From: Stegostoma tigrinum
Taxonomy: Eukaryota
DNA: 64,000 nucleotides
Direction of reading: 5' to 3'
NCBI RefSeq assembly: GCF_030684315.1
Contig: NC_081384.1
Span: 31,148,935-31,212,934, forward strand
In this document: positions 63,314-64,000 of the stretch, in pieces
Numbering within the stretch: the stretch's first letter is position 1
Layout: each line of letters begins with the position of its first letter
The notes under the pieces: model-generated
Told to the model about the DNA's origin: nothing
The model's database searches: none
The model's input: only the letters and a program-made list of their open reading frames with translations
Position numbers and translations under genes: made by a program

Positions 63314-64000
63314 GTAAACTTTTTTGTAAAATTTTCAAATTTTTTAGCTTTTCAGTTGTATGATCAGTAGCAGTGCAGAACAGATTTCAAAATGGCTTGA
63401 GTCACCACACAACAAGGGGAAATACTTAGTGATGAAATTCTACCAGTGCTGAGAAAAGTTGATTTTGAAACAGTTATTGAATAAAGGCAAAGATAAAAGC
63501 CTGTTCAGAGGCTTCATTTTCTCAGCTATCAACATAGATGACTTCACAGCCAGTGTGCTTGATGTCACACACTAAGCATTGGATAGATATCTAGACACTC
63601 GAGGATGCACTAATTAAAGAAATGTAATGTTCAAGCTCTTTCTCCCCTTTTCTTGAGTTGACTTTATGTTGGTGTGTGATTTTTCGAACTAATATTCCCC
63701 TCTAAGTGTCCATCTTTCATTTCTGAATTTAAAGATGTTGAGTTGGGCATTTTATTCAACTCAAGAAGGCATCACAGTTAAGCCATATAGCCTTTTTTTT
63801 TTGTTTTTTTTTTGCCCTTCCTTCCAGGCTTGTTCAACACTGACAAAGACTTTTTCCCCCCTCTAGTCCTGAGGTCACACATTAGACATGATGAGTTCTG
63901 GTAGCACAGAAAAGGTCCTTTTCTATCCTGAAACCTGCCTGGCTTAAACAACAAAACAATTGGAAAACCTATGTAATTCACATGCTTGAGATCACAATTT

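Noticed and set aside
63888-63930. C/D box-like ATGATGA...CTGA
   Set aside because: Only ~43 nt apart with no terminal stem; too short for a snoRNA.

Overview
Eukaryotic, AT-rich vertebrate DNA, almost certainly a shark (the GH protein and repeat families are elasmobranch-type; the species cannot be fixed from sequence). Three intron-containing genes lie in tandem on the + strand: the last two coding exons of CD79B (Ig-beta, ITAM tail; 360-4521), a complete five-exon growth hormone gene (31890-38873; 210 aa precursor, 183 aa mature) and the first five exons of RDM1 (about 40920/40971-63313, continuing beyond the window). The rest is decayed retroelements (Gypsy LTR element with both LTRs, solo LTRs, CR1, Rex1-like and Tx1-like LINEs, tRNA-derived SINEs, Penelope-like elements). 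Two things stand out. First, short Penelope-derived fold-back insertions with 10-14 bp target-site duplications whose arms often start at a minimal hammerhead-ribozyme core; one (54318-54789) carries between its arms an inverted ~250 bp copy of intronic DNA from ~1.5 kb downstream. Second, a ~6.5 kb strand-asymmetric G-rich minisatellite fills most of RDM1 intron 1 and produces all the giant ORFs in the track as artefacts. All calls were made by eye; no database searches were run.
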